NCBI GenBank assembly: GCA_964016885.1
Contig: OZ024757.1
Coordinates: 3,472,001-3,536,000 of the forward strand
Reading direction: 5' to 3'
DNA from: Eledone cirrhosa
Taxonomy: Eukaryota
Length of the DNA stretch: 64,000 nt
The notes beneath the pieces are model-generated. The model did not search any database and had not been told where the DNA came from. It was given only the letters and a program-made list of their open reading frames with translations. Shown here piece after piece: positions 41,801 through 53,159 of this stretch. The position numbers and the translations under genes were made by a program. The stretch's first letter is position 1. Every line of letters starts with the position of its first letter.

Positions 41801-44800
41801 GTGTAAGGTTACTTGATAGAGTGTGTAAGGTTACTTGATAGAGTGTGTAAGGTTACTTGATAGAGTGTGTAAGGTTACTCGATAGAGTGTGTAAGGTTAC
41901 TTGATAGAGTGTGTAAGGTTACTTGATAGAGTGTGGAAGGTTACTTGATAGAGTGTGTAAGGTTACTTGATAGAGTGTAAGGTTACTTGATAGAGTGTGT
42001 AAGGTTACATGATAGAGTGTGTAAGGTTACTTGATAGAGTGTGGAAGGTTACTTAATAGAGTGTGTAAGGTTACTTGATAGAACGTGTAAGGTTACTTGA
42101 TAGAGTGTGTAAGGTTACTAGATAGAGTGTGTAAGGCTACTTGATAGAGTGTCCAAGGTTACTTGATAGAGTGTTCAGTGTTACTTGATAGAGTGTGTAA
42201 TGTTACTTGATAGAGTGTGTAAGGCTACTTGATAGAGCGTGTAAGGTTACTCGATAGAGTGTGTAAGGTTACTTGATAGAGTGTTTAAGGTTACTAAACA
42301 GAGTGTGTAAGTTTATTTGATAGAGTTGGTAAGTTTACTCGATAGAGTGTGTAAGGTTACTTGATAGAGTGTGTAAGGTTACGTGATAGAGTGTGTATGG
42401 TTACTTGATAGAGTGTAAGGTTACTCGATAGAGTGTGTAAGGCTACTTGATAGAGTGTGTAAGCTTACTCGATAGAGTGTGTAAGGTTACTCGATAGAGT
42501 GTGTAGTGTTACTTGATAGAGTGTAACGTTACTCGTTAGAGTGTGTAAGGCTACTTGATAGAGTGTGTAAGGTTACTTGATAGAGTCTGTAAGTTTACTC
42601 GATAGAGTGTGTAAGGTTACTCGATAGAGTGTGTAGTGTTACTTGATAGAGTGTGTAAGGTTACTTAATAGAGCGTGTAAGGTTACTCGATAGAGTGTGT
42701 AAGTTTACTCGATATAGTGTGTAAGGTTACTTGATAGAGTGTGTAAGTTTACTTGATAGAGTGTGTAAGGTTACTTGATAGAGTAGAAGGTATGTTGATA
42801 GAGTAGAAGGTTACTTGATAGAGTGTGTAAGGTTACTAGATAGAGTGTGTAAGGTTACTTGATATAGTGTGTAAGGTTACTCGATAGAGTATGTAAGGTT
42901 ACTCGATAGAGTGTGTAAGGTTCCTTGATAGAGTGTAAGGTTACTTGATAGAGTGTGTAAGGTTACTTGATAGAGTGTGTAAGGTTACTTGATAGAGTGT
43001 GTAAGGTTACTTGATAGAGTGTGTAAGGTTACTTTATAGAGTGTATAGTGTTACTTGATAGAGTGTATAAGATTACTTGATAGAGTGTGTAAGATTACTC
43101 GATAGAGTGTGTAAGGTTACTTGATAGAGTGTGTAAGGTTACTCGGTAGATTGTGTAAGGTTACTTGATAGAGTGTGTAAGGTTACTTGATAGAGTGTAA
43201 GGCTACTTGATAGAGTGTGTAAGGTTACTTGATAGAGTGTGTAAGGTTACTTGATAGAGTGTGTAAGGTTACTTGATAGAGTGTAAGGTTACTTGATAGA
43301 GTGTGTAAGGTTACTTGATAGAGTGTGTAAGGTTACTTGATAGAGTGTGTAAGGTTACTTGATAGAGTGTAAGTTTACTTGATAGAGTGTGTAAGGTTAC
43401 TTGATAGAGTGTGTAAGGTTACTTGATAGACTGTGTAAGGTTACTTGATAGAGTGTAAGGTTACTTGATAGAGTGTGTAAGGTTACTTGATAGAGTGTGT
43501 AAGGTTACTTGATAGAGTGTGTAAGGTTACTTGATAGAGTGTGTAAGGTTACTTGATAGAATGTGTAAGGTTACTTGATAGAGTGTGTAAGGTTACTTGA
43601 TAGAGTGTGAACGGTTACTTGATAGAGTGTGTAAGATTACTTGATAGAGTGTGTAAGGTTACTAGATAGAGTGTATAAGGTTACTCGATAGAGTGTGTAA
43701 GGTTACTCGATAGAGTGTGTAAGGTTACTTGATAGAGTGTGTAAGGTTACTTGATAGAGTGTAAGGTTACTTGATAGAGTGTGTAAGGTTACTTGATAGA
43801 GTGTGTAAGGTTACTTGATAGAGTGTGTAAGGTTACTTAATAGAGTGTGTAAGGTTACTTGATAGAATGTGATAGGTTACTCGGTAGATTGTGTAAGGTT
43901 ACTTGATAGAGTGTGTAAGGTTACTTGATAGAGTGTGTCAGGTTACTTGATAGAGTGTAAGGCTACCTGATAGAGTGTCCTAGGTTACTTGATAGAGTGT
44001 TTAGTGTTACTTGATAGAGTGTGTAAGTCTACTTGATAGAGTGTGTAGTTTTACTTGATAGAGTGTGTAAGGTAAATTGATAGAGTGTGTAAGGCTACTT
44101 GACAGAGTGTGTAAGGTTACTCCATAGAGTGTGTAAGGTTACTCGATAGAGTGTGTAAGGTTACTTGATAGATTGTGTAAGGTTACTTGATAGAGTGTGT
44201 ATGGTTACTTGATAGAGTGTAACGTTACTCGATAGAGTGTGTAAGGCTACATGATAGAGTATGTAAGGTTACTTGATAGAATGTGTAAGGTTACTTGATA
44301 GAGTGTATAAGGTTACTTGGTAGAGTGTGTAAGGTTACTCAATAGAGTGTGTAAGGTTATTTGATAGAGTGTGTAAGTTTACTCGATAGAGTGTGTAAGG
44401 CTACTTGATAGAGTGTAAAGTTACTTGATAGAATGTGTATGGTTACTTGATAGAGTGTAAGGTTACTTGATAGAGTGTGGAAGGTTACTTAATAGAGAGT
44501 GTAAGGTTACTTGATAGAGCGTGTAAAGTTAGTTGATAGAGTGTGTAAGGTTACTAGATAGAGTGGAAGGTTACTTGATAGAGTGTGTAATGTTACTTGA
44601 TAGAGTGTGTAAGGTTACTTCATAGAGTGTGTAAGGTTACTTGATAGAGTGTGTAAGGTTACTTAATAGAGCGTGTAAGGTTACTTGATAGAGTGTGTAA
44701 GGTTACTCAATATAGTGTGTAAGATTACTTGATAGAGTGTAAGGTTACTTGATAGAGTGTGTAAGGTTACTTGACAGAGTTTGTAGTGTTATTTGATAGT

Positions 44801-47800
44801 AGTGTGTAATGTTACTTGATAGAGTGTTGAAGGTTACTTGATAGAGTTTGGATGGCTACTTGATAGAGTGTGTAAGGTTACTTGATAGAGTGTGTAAGGT
44901 TACTTGATAGAGTGTGTAAGGTTACTTGATAGAGTGTGTAAGGTTACTTGATAGAGTGTGTAGTGTTCCTTGATAGAGTGTGTAGTGTTATTTGATAGAG
45001 TGGAAGGTTACTTGATAGAGTGTGTAGTTTTACTTGATAGAGTGTGTAATGTTTCTTGATAGAGTGTGTAAGGCTACTTGATAGAGTGTGTAAGGTTACT
45101 CGATAGAGTGTGTAAGGTTACTTGATAGAGTGTGTAAGGTTACTTGATAGAGTGTGTATGGTTACTTGATAGAGTGTAAGGTTACTCGATAGAGTGTGTA
45201 AGGCTACTTGATAGAGTGTGTAAGCTTACTCGATAGAGTGTGTAAGGTTACTCGATAGAGTGTGTAGTGTTACTTGATAGAGTGTAACGTTCCTCGATAA
45301 AGTGTGTAAGGCTACTTGATAGAGTGTGTAAGGTTACTTGATAGAGTCTGAAAGTTTACTCGATAGAGTGTGTAAGGTTACTCGATAGAGTGTGTAGTGT
45401 TACTTGCTAGAGTGTGTAAGGTTATTTGATAGAGTGTGTAATGTTACTTGATAGAGTGTGTAAGGTTACTTGATAGAGTGTGTAAGGCTACTTGATAGAG
45501 TGTAAGGTTACTTGATAGAGTGTGTAAAGTTACTTGATAGAGTGTGTAAGGTTACTTGATAGAGTGTGGAAGGTTACTTGATAGAGTGTGTAAGGTTACT
45601 TGATAGAGTGTGTAAGGTTACTTGATAGAGTGTGTAAGGTTACTTGATAGAGTGTGTAAAGTTACTTGATAGAGTGTGTAAGGTTACTTGATAGAGTGTG
45701 TAAGGTTACTTGATAGAGTGTGTAAGGTTACTTGATAGAGTGTGTAAGGTTACTTCATAGAGTGTGTAAGGTTACTTGATAGAGTGTAAGGTTACTTGAT
45801 AGAGTGTGTAAGGTTACTTGATAGAGTGTAAGGTTACTTGATATAGTGTGTAAGGTTACTTGATAGAGTGTGGAAGGTTACTTAATAGAGTGTGTAAGGT
45901 TACTTGATAGAGTGTAAGGTTACTTCATAGAGTGTGTAAGGTTACTTCATAGAGTGTAAGGTTACTTGATAGAGTGTGTAAGGTTACTTGATAGAGTGTA
46001 AGGTTACTTGATAGAGTGTGTAAGGTTACTTGATAGAGTGTGGAAGGTTACTTAATAGAGTGTGTAAGGTTACTTGATAGAGTGTAAGGTTACTTCATAG
46101 AGTGTAAGGTTACTTGATAGAGTGTGGAAGGTTACTTGATAGAGTGTAAGGTTACTTCATAGAGTGTAAGGTTACTTGATAGAGTGTGGAAGGTTACTTA
46201 ATAGAGTGTCCAAGGTTACTTGATAGAGTGTTTAGTGTTACTTGATAGTGTGTGTAAGGTTACTTGATAGAGTGTGTAGTTTTACTTGATAGAGTGTGTA
46301 ATGTTACTTGATAGAGAGTGTAAGGCTACTTGATAGAGTGTGTAAGGTTACTCGATAGAGTGTGTAAGGTTACTTGATAGAATGTGGAAGGTTACTTGAT
46401 AGAGTGTGGAAGGTTACTTGACAGAGTGTGTAAGGTTACTTGATAGAGTGAATAAGGTTACTCGATAAAGTGTGTAAGGTTACTTGATAGAGTGTGTAAG
46501 GTTTCTTGACAGAGTGTGTAAGGTTACTTGATAGAGTGTGTAAGGTTACTTGATAGAGTGTGTAAGGTTACTCGATAGAGTGTGTAAGGCTACTTGATAG
46601 AGAGTGTAAGCTTACTCGATAGAGTGTGTAAGGTTACTCGATAGAGTGTGTAGTGTTACTTGATAGAGTGTAACGTTACTCGATAGAGTGTGTAAGGCTA
46701 CTTGATAGAGTGTGTAAGGTTACTTGATAGAGTCTGTAAGTTTACTCGATAGAGTGTGTAAGGTTACTCGATAGAGTGTGTAGTGTTACTTGCTAGAGTG
46801 TGTAAGGTTATTTGATAGAGTGTGTAATGTTACTTGATAGAGTGTGTAAGGTTACTTGATAGAGCGTGTAAGGTTACTCGATAGAGTGTGTAAGGTTACT
46901 TGATAGAGTGTGTAAGGTTACTTGATAGAGTGTTTAAAGTTACTTGATAGAGTGTGTAAGTTTACTCGATAGAGTGTGTAAGGCTACTTGATAGAGTGTA
47001 AGGTTACTTGATAGAGTGTGTAAAGTTACTTAATAGAGTGTGTAAGGTTACTTGATAGAGTGTGCAAGGTTACTTGATAGAGTGTGTAAGGTTACTTGAT
47101 AGAGTGTGGAAGGTTACTTGATAGAGTGTGGAAGGTTACTTGATAGAGTGTGTAAGGTTACTTGATAGAGTGTGTAAGATTACTTGATAGAGTGTGGGAG
47201 GTTACTTGATAGAGTGTGTAAGGTTACTTGATAGAAAGTGTAAGGTTACTCGATAGAGTGTGTAGTGTTACTTGATAGAGTGTAAGGTTACTCGATAGAG
47301 TGTGTAAGGCTACTTGATAGAGTGTACAAGGTTACTTGATAGAGTGTGTAAGGTTACTTGATAGAGTGTGCAAGGTTACTTGATAGTGTGTGTAAGGTTA
47401 CTTGATAGAGTCTGTAGTTTTACTTGATAGAGTGTGTAAGATTACTTGATAGAGTGTGTAAGGCTACTTGATAGAGTTGGTAAGGTTACTCGATAGAGTG
47501 TGTAAGGTTACTTGATAGAGTGTGTAAGGTTACTTGATAGAGTGTGTAAGCTTACTTGATAGAGTGTGTATGGTTACTTGATAGAGTGTAAGGTGACTCG
47601 ATAGAGTGTGTAAGGTTACTTGATAGAGTGTTTAAGGTTACTTGAATGAGTGTGTTGTGTTACTTGATAGAGTGTAACGTTACTCGATATAGTGTGTAAG
47701 GTTACTTGATAGAGCGTGTAAGGTTACTCGACAGAGTGTGTTGTGTTACTTGATAGAGTGTAACGTTAATCGATATAGTATGTAAGGTTACTTGACAGAG

Positions 47801-50225
47801 TGTGTAAGGTTACTTGACAGAGGGTGTAAGGTTACTTGATAGAGTGTGTAAGTTTACTCGATAGAGTGTGTAAGTTTACTCGATAGAGTGTGTAGTGTTA
47901 CTTGAAAGAGTGTGTAAGGTTATTTGACAGAGTTTGTAGTGTTATTTGATAGAGTGTGTAATGTTACTTGATAGAGTGTGTAAGGTTACTTGATAGAGTG
48001 TGTAAGGTTACTTGATAGATTGTGTAAGGTTACTTGACAGAGTGTGTAAGGTTACTCGATAGAGTGTGTAAGCTTACTTGACAGAGTGTGTAGTGTTACT
48101 TGATAGAGTGTAAGGTTACTCGATAGAGTGTGTAAGGTTACTTGACAGAGTGTGTAAGGTTACTTGACAGAGGGTGTAAGGTTACTTGATATAGTGTGTA
48201 AGGTTACTCGATAGAGTGTGTAAGGTTACTTGATAGAGTGTGTAAGGTTACTTGATAGAGTGTGTAAGGTTACATGATAGAGTGTGTAAGGTTACTTGAT
48301 AGAGTGTAAGGTTACTTTATAGAGTCTGTAAGGTTACTCGATAGAGTGTGGAAGGTTACTTGATAGAGTGTGGAAGGTTACTTGATAGAGTGTGTAAGGT
48401 TACTCGATAGAGTATGTAAGGTTACTAGATAGAGTGTGTAAGGTTACTTGATAGAATCTGTAAGGTTACTCGATAGAGTGTGGAAGGTTACTTGATAGAG
48501 TGTGTAAGTTTACTTGATAGAGTGTGTAAGGTTACTTGATAGAGTGTGTAAGGTTACTAGATAGAGTGTGGAAGGTTACTTGATAGAGTGTGTAAGTTTA
48601 CTTGATAGAGTGTATAAGGTTACTTGATAGAGTGTTTAAGGTTACTAGATAGAGTGTGTAACATTACTTGATAGAGTGTGTAGTGTTACTTGATAGAGCG
48701 TGTAAGGTTACTTGATAGAGTGTGTAAGGTTACTCAATAGAGTGTGGAAGGTTACTTGATAGAGTGTGTAAGGTTACCTGATAGAGTGTGTAAGGTTACT
48801 TGATAGAGTGTGGAAGGTTACTTGATAGAGTGTGTAGTGTTACTTGATAGAGTGTGTAAGGTTACTTGATAGAGTGTGTAAGGTTACTCAATAGAGTGTG
48901 GAAGGTTACTTGATAGAGTGTGTAAGGTTACCTGATAGAGTATGTAAGGTTACTTGATAGAGTGTGTAGTTCGGAGATTAGAGAGTCACTCCAAGTAGAG
49001 CCGATACTTCTCCGAATAGAGAGACCACTGGATAGAGTGTGTAGTGTTACTTGATAGAGTGTGTAAGGTTATTCTATAGAGTGTGTAAGGCTACTTGATA
49101 GAGTGGAAGGTTACTTGACAGAGTATGTAGTGTTACTTGATAGAGTGTGTAAGGTTACCCAATAGAGTGTGTAAGATTACTTGATAGAGTAGAAGGTTAC
49201 TTGATAGAATGTGGATGGTTACATGATAGAGTGTGTAAGGTTACTTGATAGAGTGTAAGGTTACTTGATAGAGTGTGTAAGGTTACTTGATAGAGTGTGT
49301 AAGGTTACTTGATAGAGTGTAAGGTTACTTGATAGAGTGTGTAAGTTTACTTGATAGAGTGTGTAAGGTTTCTTGATAGAGTGTGGAAGGTTACTTGATA
49401 GAGTGTGTAAGGTTACTTGATAGAGTGTGTAAGGTTACTTGACAGAGTGTGTAGAGTTACTTGATAGAATATGTAAGGTTACTTGATAGAGTGTGTAAGT
49501 TTACTTGATAGAGTGTGGAAGGTTACTTGACAGAGTGTGTAAGGTTACTTGATAGAGTGTGTTGTGTTACTTGATAGAGTATGTAAGGTTACTTGATAGA
49601 GTGTGTAAGTTTACTTGATAGAGTGTGGAAGGTTACTTGACAGAGTGTGTAAGGTTACTTGATAGAGTGTGGAAGGCTACTTGATAGAGTGTGTAAGGTT
49701 ACTTGATAGAGTGTGTAAGGTTACTTGATAGAGTGTGTAAGGTTACTAGATAGAGTGTGTAAGGTTTCTTGATAGAGTGTGGAATGTTACTTGATAGAGT
49801 GTGTAAGGTTACTTGATAGAGTGTGTAAGGTTACTTGACAGAGTGTGTAGTGTTACTTGATAGAGTATGTAAGGTTACTTGATAGAGTGTGTAAGTTTAC
49901 TTGATAGAGTGTGGAAGGTTACTTGATAGAGTATGGAAGGTTACTTGATAGAGTGTGTAAGGTTACTTGACAGAGTGTGTAGTGTTACTTGATAGAGTGT
50001 GTAAGGTTACTTGACAGAGTGTGTAGTGTTACTTGATAGAGTGTGTAAGGTTACTTGATAGAGTGTGTAAGTTTACTTGATAGAGTGTGGAAGGTTACTT
50101 GATAGAGTGTGGAAGGTTACTTGATAGACTGTGTAAGGTTACTTGATAGAGTGTGGAAGGTTACTTGATAGAGTGTGTAAGGTTACTTGATAGAGTGTGT
50201 AAGGTTACTTGATAGAGTGTGTAGT
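26815..50225 (+). repeat. 22-bp satellite array, right arm
   Basis: Same monomer, with distinct diagnostic variants (AGTAGAAGG, TTGGTAAG, TCCAAGG, GTGGAAGG). Confidence 0.99.
48971..49029 (+). mobile_element. Short RTE-LINE island inside the satellite
   Basis: Duplicate of the array-terminal LINE sequence; translates (RVCS)SEIRESLQVEPILLRIERPL. Confidence 0.85.
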
Positions 50226-50452
50226 TCGGAGATCAGAGAGTCACTCCAAGTAGAGCCGATACTTCTCCGAAAAGTGAGACCACTACTCCTATACTTTGGT
50301 CAGATTTTTACAGGCAAAAACCAACCGTCAGGAGACCCTAGGGTAGACCCCGAGCAAGATGGTAGCACAGCCATGTGGTTATAATGTCTCAGGAAAGAGT
50401 CACTGGACAGATTTTACAGACTAAACTAACCGATAGGAGACCCGAGCATAGA
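50199..50452 (+). mobile_element. Degraded 3' coding end of an RTE-clade LINE (Expander/Rex3-like), contiguous with the satellite
   Basis: VRLLDRVCSSEIRESLQVEPILLRKVRPLLLYFGQ, then RRP*GRPRARW (50330-50362) and HVVIMSQERVTGQILQTKLTDRRP. These match the RTE C-terminal pattern LRDRVRSS.IRE.L.VEPLLL.IERSQLRWFGH..RM...RRPRGRPRTRW, recalled from family knowledge. Confidence 0.8.
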
Positions 50453-50736
50453 TTGTTCATATAAATAATATAATTATTTATTGATTCCTCTTTTTATATG
50501 TTTTAATTATCTGTTAATCTAGGTTTAATCTGTCGACTTCCTATCACACCAACCCAACACCTTCCACCCTTTAATCTATTATTCTACACCGCCCCACTGA
50601 CTCTACACGCATCCCCTTTGCACCTCCTCGTAAATGGAAGATAGGCGACAGAAAACAGAAAATAGAAAATTCGATTCGGGGACAGCCTGCTAATATGGTG
50701 TTATGCCTATAGTAGATAGACCCCGAATCTCTCTTT

Positions 50737-50739
<3 letters not shown>

Positions 50740-50786
<47 letters not shown>
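50740..50786 (+). repeat. (GT)n microsatellite
   Basis: Read directly. Confidence 0.95.
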
Positions 50787-50788
<2 letters not shown>

Positions 50789-51070
50789 TGGAGGCATGTG
50801 GCCTAGTGGTAAGGGTGTTGGACTTACGATCATAATGTCATGGGTTCGATTCCTGGGTTGCATGTTGTGTTCTTGAGCAAAACACTTCATTTTACATTGC
50901 TCCAGTATACTCAACTGAAAATTTGTACCAACAATAGCTGGGGATTTAAGCCTGTGATGGACTGGTGTCTTGTCCAGGGGGAAGTCTTGTACTCTCAGTC
51001 ACTTCACGCTATGAAACCAGGATAAGGACCAGCCAAATGAGCCTTCTGGTTTAAGACAGACTTTTGACTT
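50787..51070 (+). mobile_element. tRNA-derived SINE
   Basis: Pol III A box TGGCCTAGTGG and B box GGTTCGATTCC. The body (GTGTTCTTGAGCAAAACACTT, CCTGTGATGGACTGG...TCCAGGGGG) is typical of metazoan SINEs. Confidence 0.85.
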
Positions 51071-51158
51071 ATATATATATATCGATGGAATAGAATGAAA
51101 CGAAATTTCATTTCTCCCTCTTAGTACGGCACTTACTTAAATGTAAGTATGTATGTAT

Positions 51159-51410
51159 GTGCCTTTGCTCACTATAAAAGCTTCACGGCACAGGCATTGC
51201 TTTATATCTGGAGATCTCTCTGCACTTGTCATCACATGGTACCATGGGTCCAGCACTATGTGTCAATAATTGTCACAAGTGTAGTGTTTGTACCAGAGTT
51301 TTCAAGTCGCTGGCTGGACTAAAAAGTCACACTCGTTCAGCGCATCGGTAGGGGTTCTCCTACATGGATATAAAGTAGTGGCCGTACTCGAAAACGAGTT
51401 GGCAGCCACC
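51159..51410 (+). mobile_element. Element Y, 5'-truncated copy, followed by (ATGT)n (51411-51470)
   Basis: Near-identical to the 3' part of 51469-52073; same 3' end GGCAGCCACC. Confidence 0.85.
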
Positions 51411-51468
51411 ATGTATGTATGTATGTATGTATGTATGTATGTATGTATGTATGTATGTATGTATGTAT

Positions 51469-52073
51469 GTCAGGTCATCAGTTGGTGCTACTGGTAACAT
51501 GTATCCCAGTACAACCTGTCTCATGGTCGGGTCGTTGGCGACTAAACTGGCAACCCCACCAACGTTTCTTGGCGAGGAGGGTGACTTTGGACATCCTGCA
51601 GGACTAAAAACAAAACCTGTCAAAGGGCAAAGGAGCTCTTAAGAGTCAATGGCCATCCAAAATCACCGGGAGAGATGACCCCTTAGCCTTTGTCAAGGCA
51701 GAATTCTAGGAGAAGGAAAACTCTGATATAACACCTGCAACCCTGATGGTATCCAATGATGTTGACTTGTTCTTCTTTTTGGTAAATATCTTGGTTAAGA
51801 GAGTGGGACTGGCTTTGTGCAGTGCCTTTGCTCACTATAAAAGCTTCATGGCACAGGCATTACTTTATATCTGGAGATCTCTCTGCACTTGTCGTCACAT
51901 GGTACCATGGGCCCAGCACTATGTGTCAATAATTGTCACAAGTGTAGTGTTTGTACCAGAGTTTTCAAGTCGCTGGCTGGACTAAAATGTCACACTCGTT
52001 TAGCGCATCGGCAGGGGTTCTCCTACATGGATATAAAGTAGTGGCCGTACTCGAAAATGAGTTGGCAGCCACC
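51469..52073 (+). mobile_element. Element Y, ~600-bp non-coding retroelement, near full length
   Basis: Four near-identical copies in the window. Contains TCTAGGAGAAGGAAAACTCTGA (resembles RTE 5' UTRs, from recall) and a 3' stem-loop GCCGTACTCG-AAAA-YGAGTTGGC. Confidence 0.8.
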
Positions 52074-52277
52074 ATACGTACATACATATATGTATACAAA
52101 CGTACAGTAGTATGTATATATATACATACATGCACACATATATATATGCACGTATCGGTTTACCGAACATTTAATATAATTCTCGGTTTGACCGTTTGTA
52201 AACAAACAAACAGCCCGAATTACGCCGTACAGTGTTTAGGCAACCACGTCACCTTTTTGTTCAACACTGACACAGGA

Positions 52278-52320
52278 ACGATGTACTAGTTTCAAGCTTA
52301 TTAGCTACCGTCAGCATCGT
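52278..52320 (-). ncRNA. Type I hammerhead ribozyme (family X), core variant CUGACGG
   Basis: Minus strand: acgatg CTGACGG tagctaataagctt GAAA ctag TA catcgt. Stem I is 6 bp; stem III is the palindrome ACTAGT; A9 is replaced by G. Confidence 0.75.
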
Positions 52321-52659
52321 ATACCTTCCAGCCAGATGGTTGAACGCCTGAAAGTATATAATTTCCTTATGCATATTAACGGCTGAGCAGCCTAAATCGA
52401 GTGAGTTCAGTCGGCCGGGCACACCGAAAACCATAAATGGAATAGAATGAAACGAAATTTCATTTCTCACTCTTAGTACAGCACTTACTTAAATGTATGT
52501 ATATATATACATACTACTGTACGTCTGTATACATATATGTATGTACGTATACATACATACATACTTACATTTATATATATATCGACTTTCGTCAAATCGG
52601 ACCGAGGAAACAATGTCGGTCTTTCCAATTGCTAGTACTATCTATCGGTCGCAACTCCA

Positions 52660-52779
52660 CGTAGAAGGAACAACGTGAAATAAAGTGTCTTGCTCAAGGA
52701 CATAACCCATTGCCCGGTCAAGGAATCGAACTCACAACCTCAAGATTGTGAATCCAATTCTCTAACTACTCAGCCACAT
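52660..52779 (-). mobile_element. tRNA-SINE head, truncated
   Basis: Minus strand A box TGGCTGAGTAG, B box GAGTTCGATTCC, then TGTCCTTGAGCAAGACACTTTATTTCAC. Confidence 0.8.
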
Positions 52780-52788
52780 ATATATATA

Positions 52789-53065
52789 TAGTACATAGTG
52801 CTAACGCCGTATTTTGACAAAGTAAATTAGTCTATTTGTTGGTATTTAAAAAAACCCCTCAGAATGTAAAAAAGGGATGAGCAATGACGTAGATGGGACA
52901 TGAACCCACATATTTGGTTTGCCGGAGACATGGTTTCACATTGGTCCCGCAAACTAAATATGTACGCTAATGGTCATCTCTTTTTTCCACTCTGAAGGTT
53001 TTTTTAAAATCTCAACAGATAGAATAATATACTTAGTCAAAATACGGCATAAGCACAATTTACTA
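52789..53065. mobile_element. Old foldback MITE-like element
   Basis: Imperfect long inverted arms: TAGTACATAGTGCTAACGCCGTATTTTGAC versus GTCAAAATACGGCATAAGCACAATTTACTA, pairing inward to a short centre. Confidence 0.65.
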
Positions 53066-53089
53066 CCTATTTTTCTCATCTCCGCAAAG

Positions 53090-53154
<65 letters not shown>

Positions 53155-53159
53155 ATATA

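Larger units (their letters stand above)
51083..52580 (-). mobile_element. Penelope-type hammerhead-bearing repeat (family X), split by insertion of element Y at 51159-52073, plus rearranged extra pieces
   Basis: 51083-51150 and 52074-52230 join into the sequence seen intact at 55462-55674. Contains a hammerhead at 52278-52320; a partial repeat starts again at 52437. Confidence 0.7.

Noticed and set aside
1-50225. CRISPR array
   Set aside because: The monomers are head-to-tail with no unique spacers, there are no cas genes, and the context is eukaryotic.
1-50225. Telomeric or telomerase-made repeat (G/T-rich strand, TAAGGTTA)
   Set aside because: There are no TTAGGG or TTAGG runs, and in-frame continuity with a LINE ORF explains the monomer better.
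50790-50860. tRNA gene
   Set aside because: A and B boxes are present, but there is no convincing cloverleaf and the sequence continues into a SINE body.
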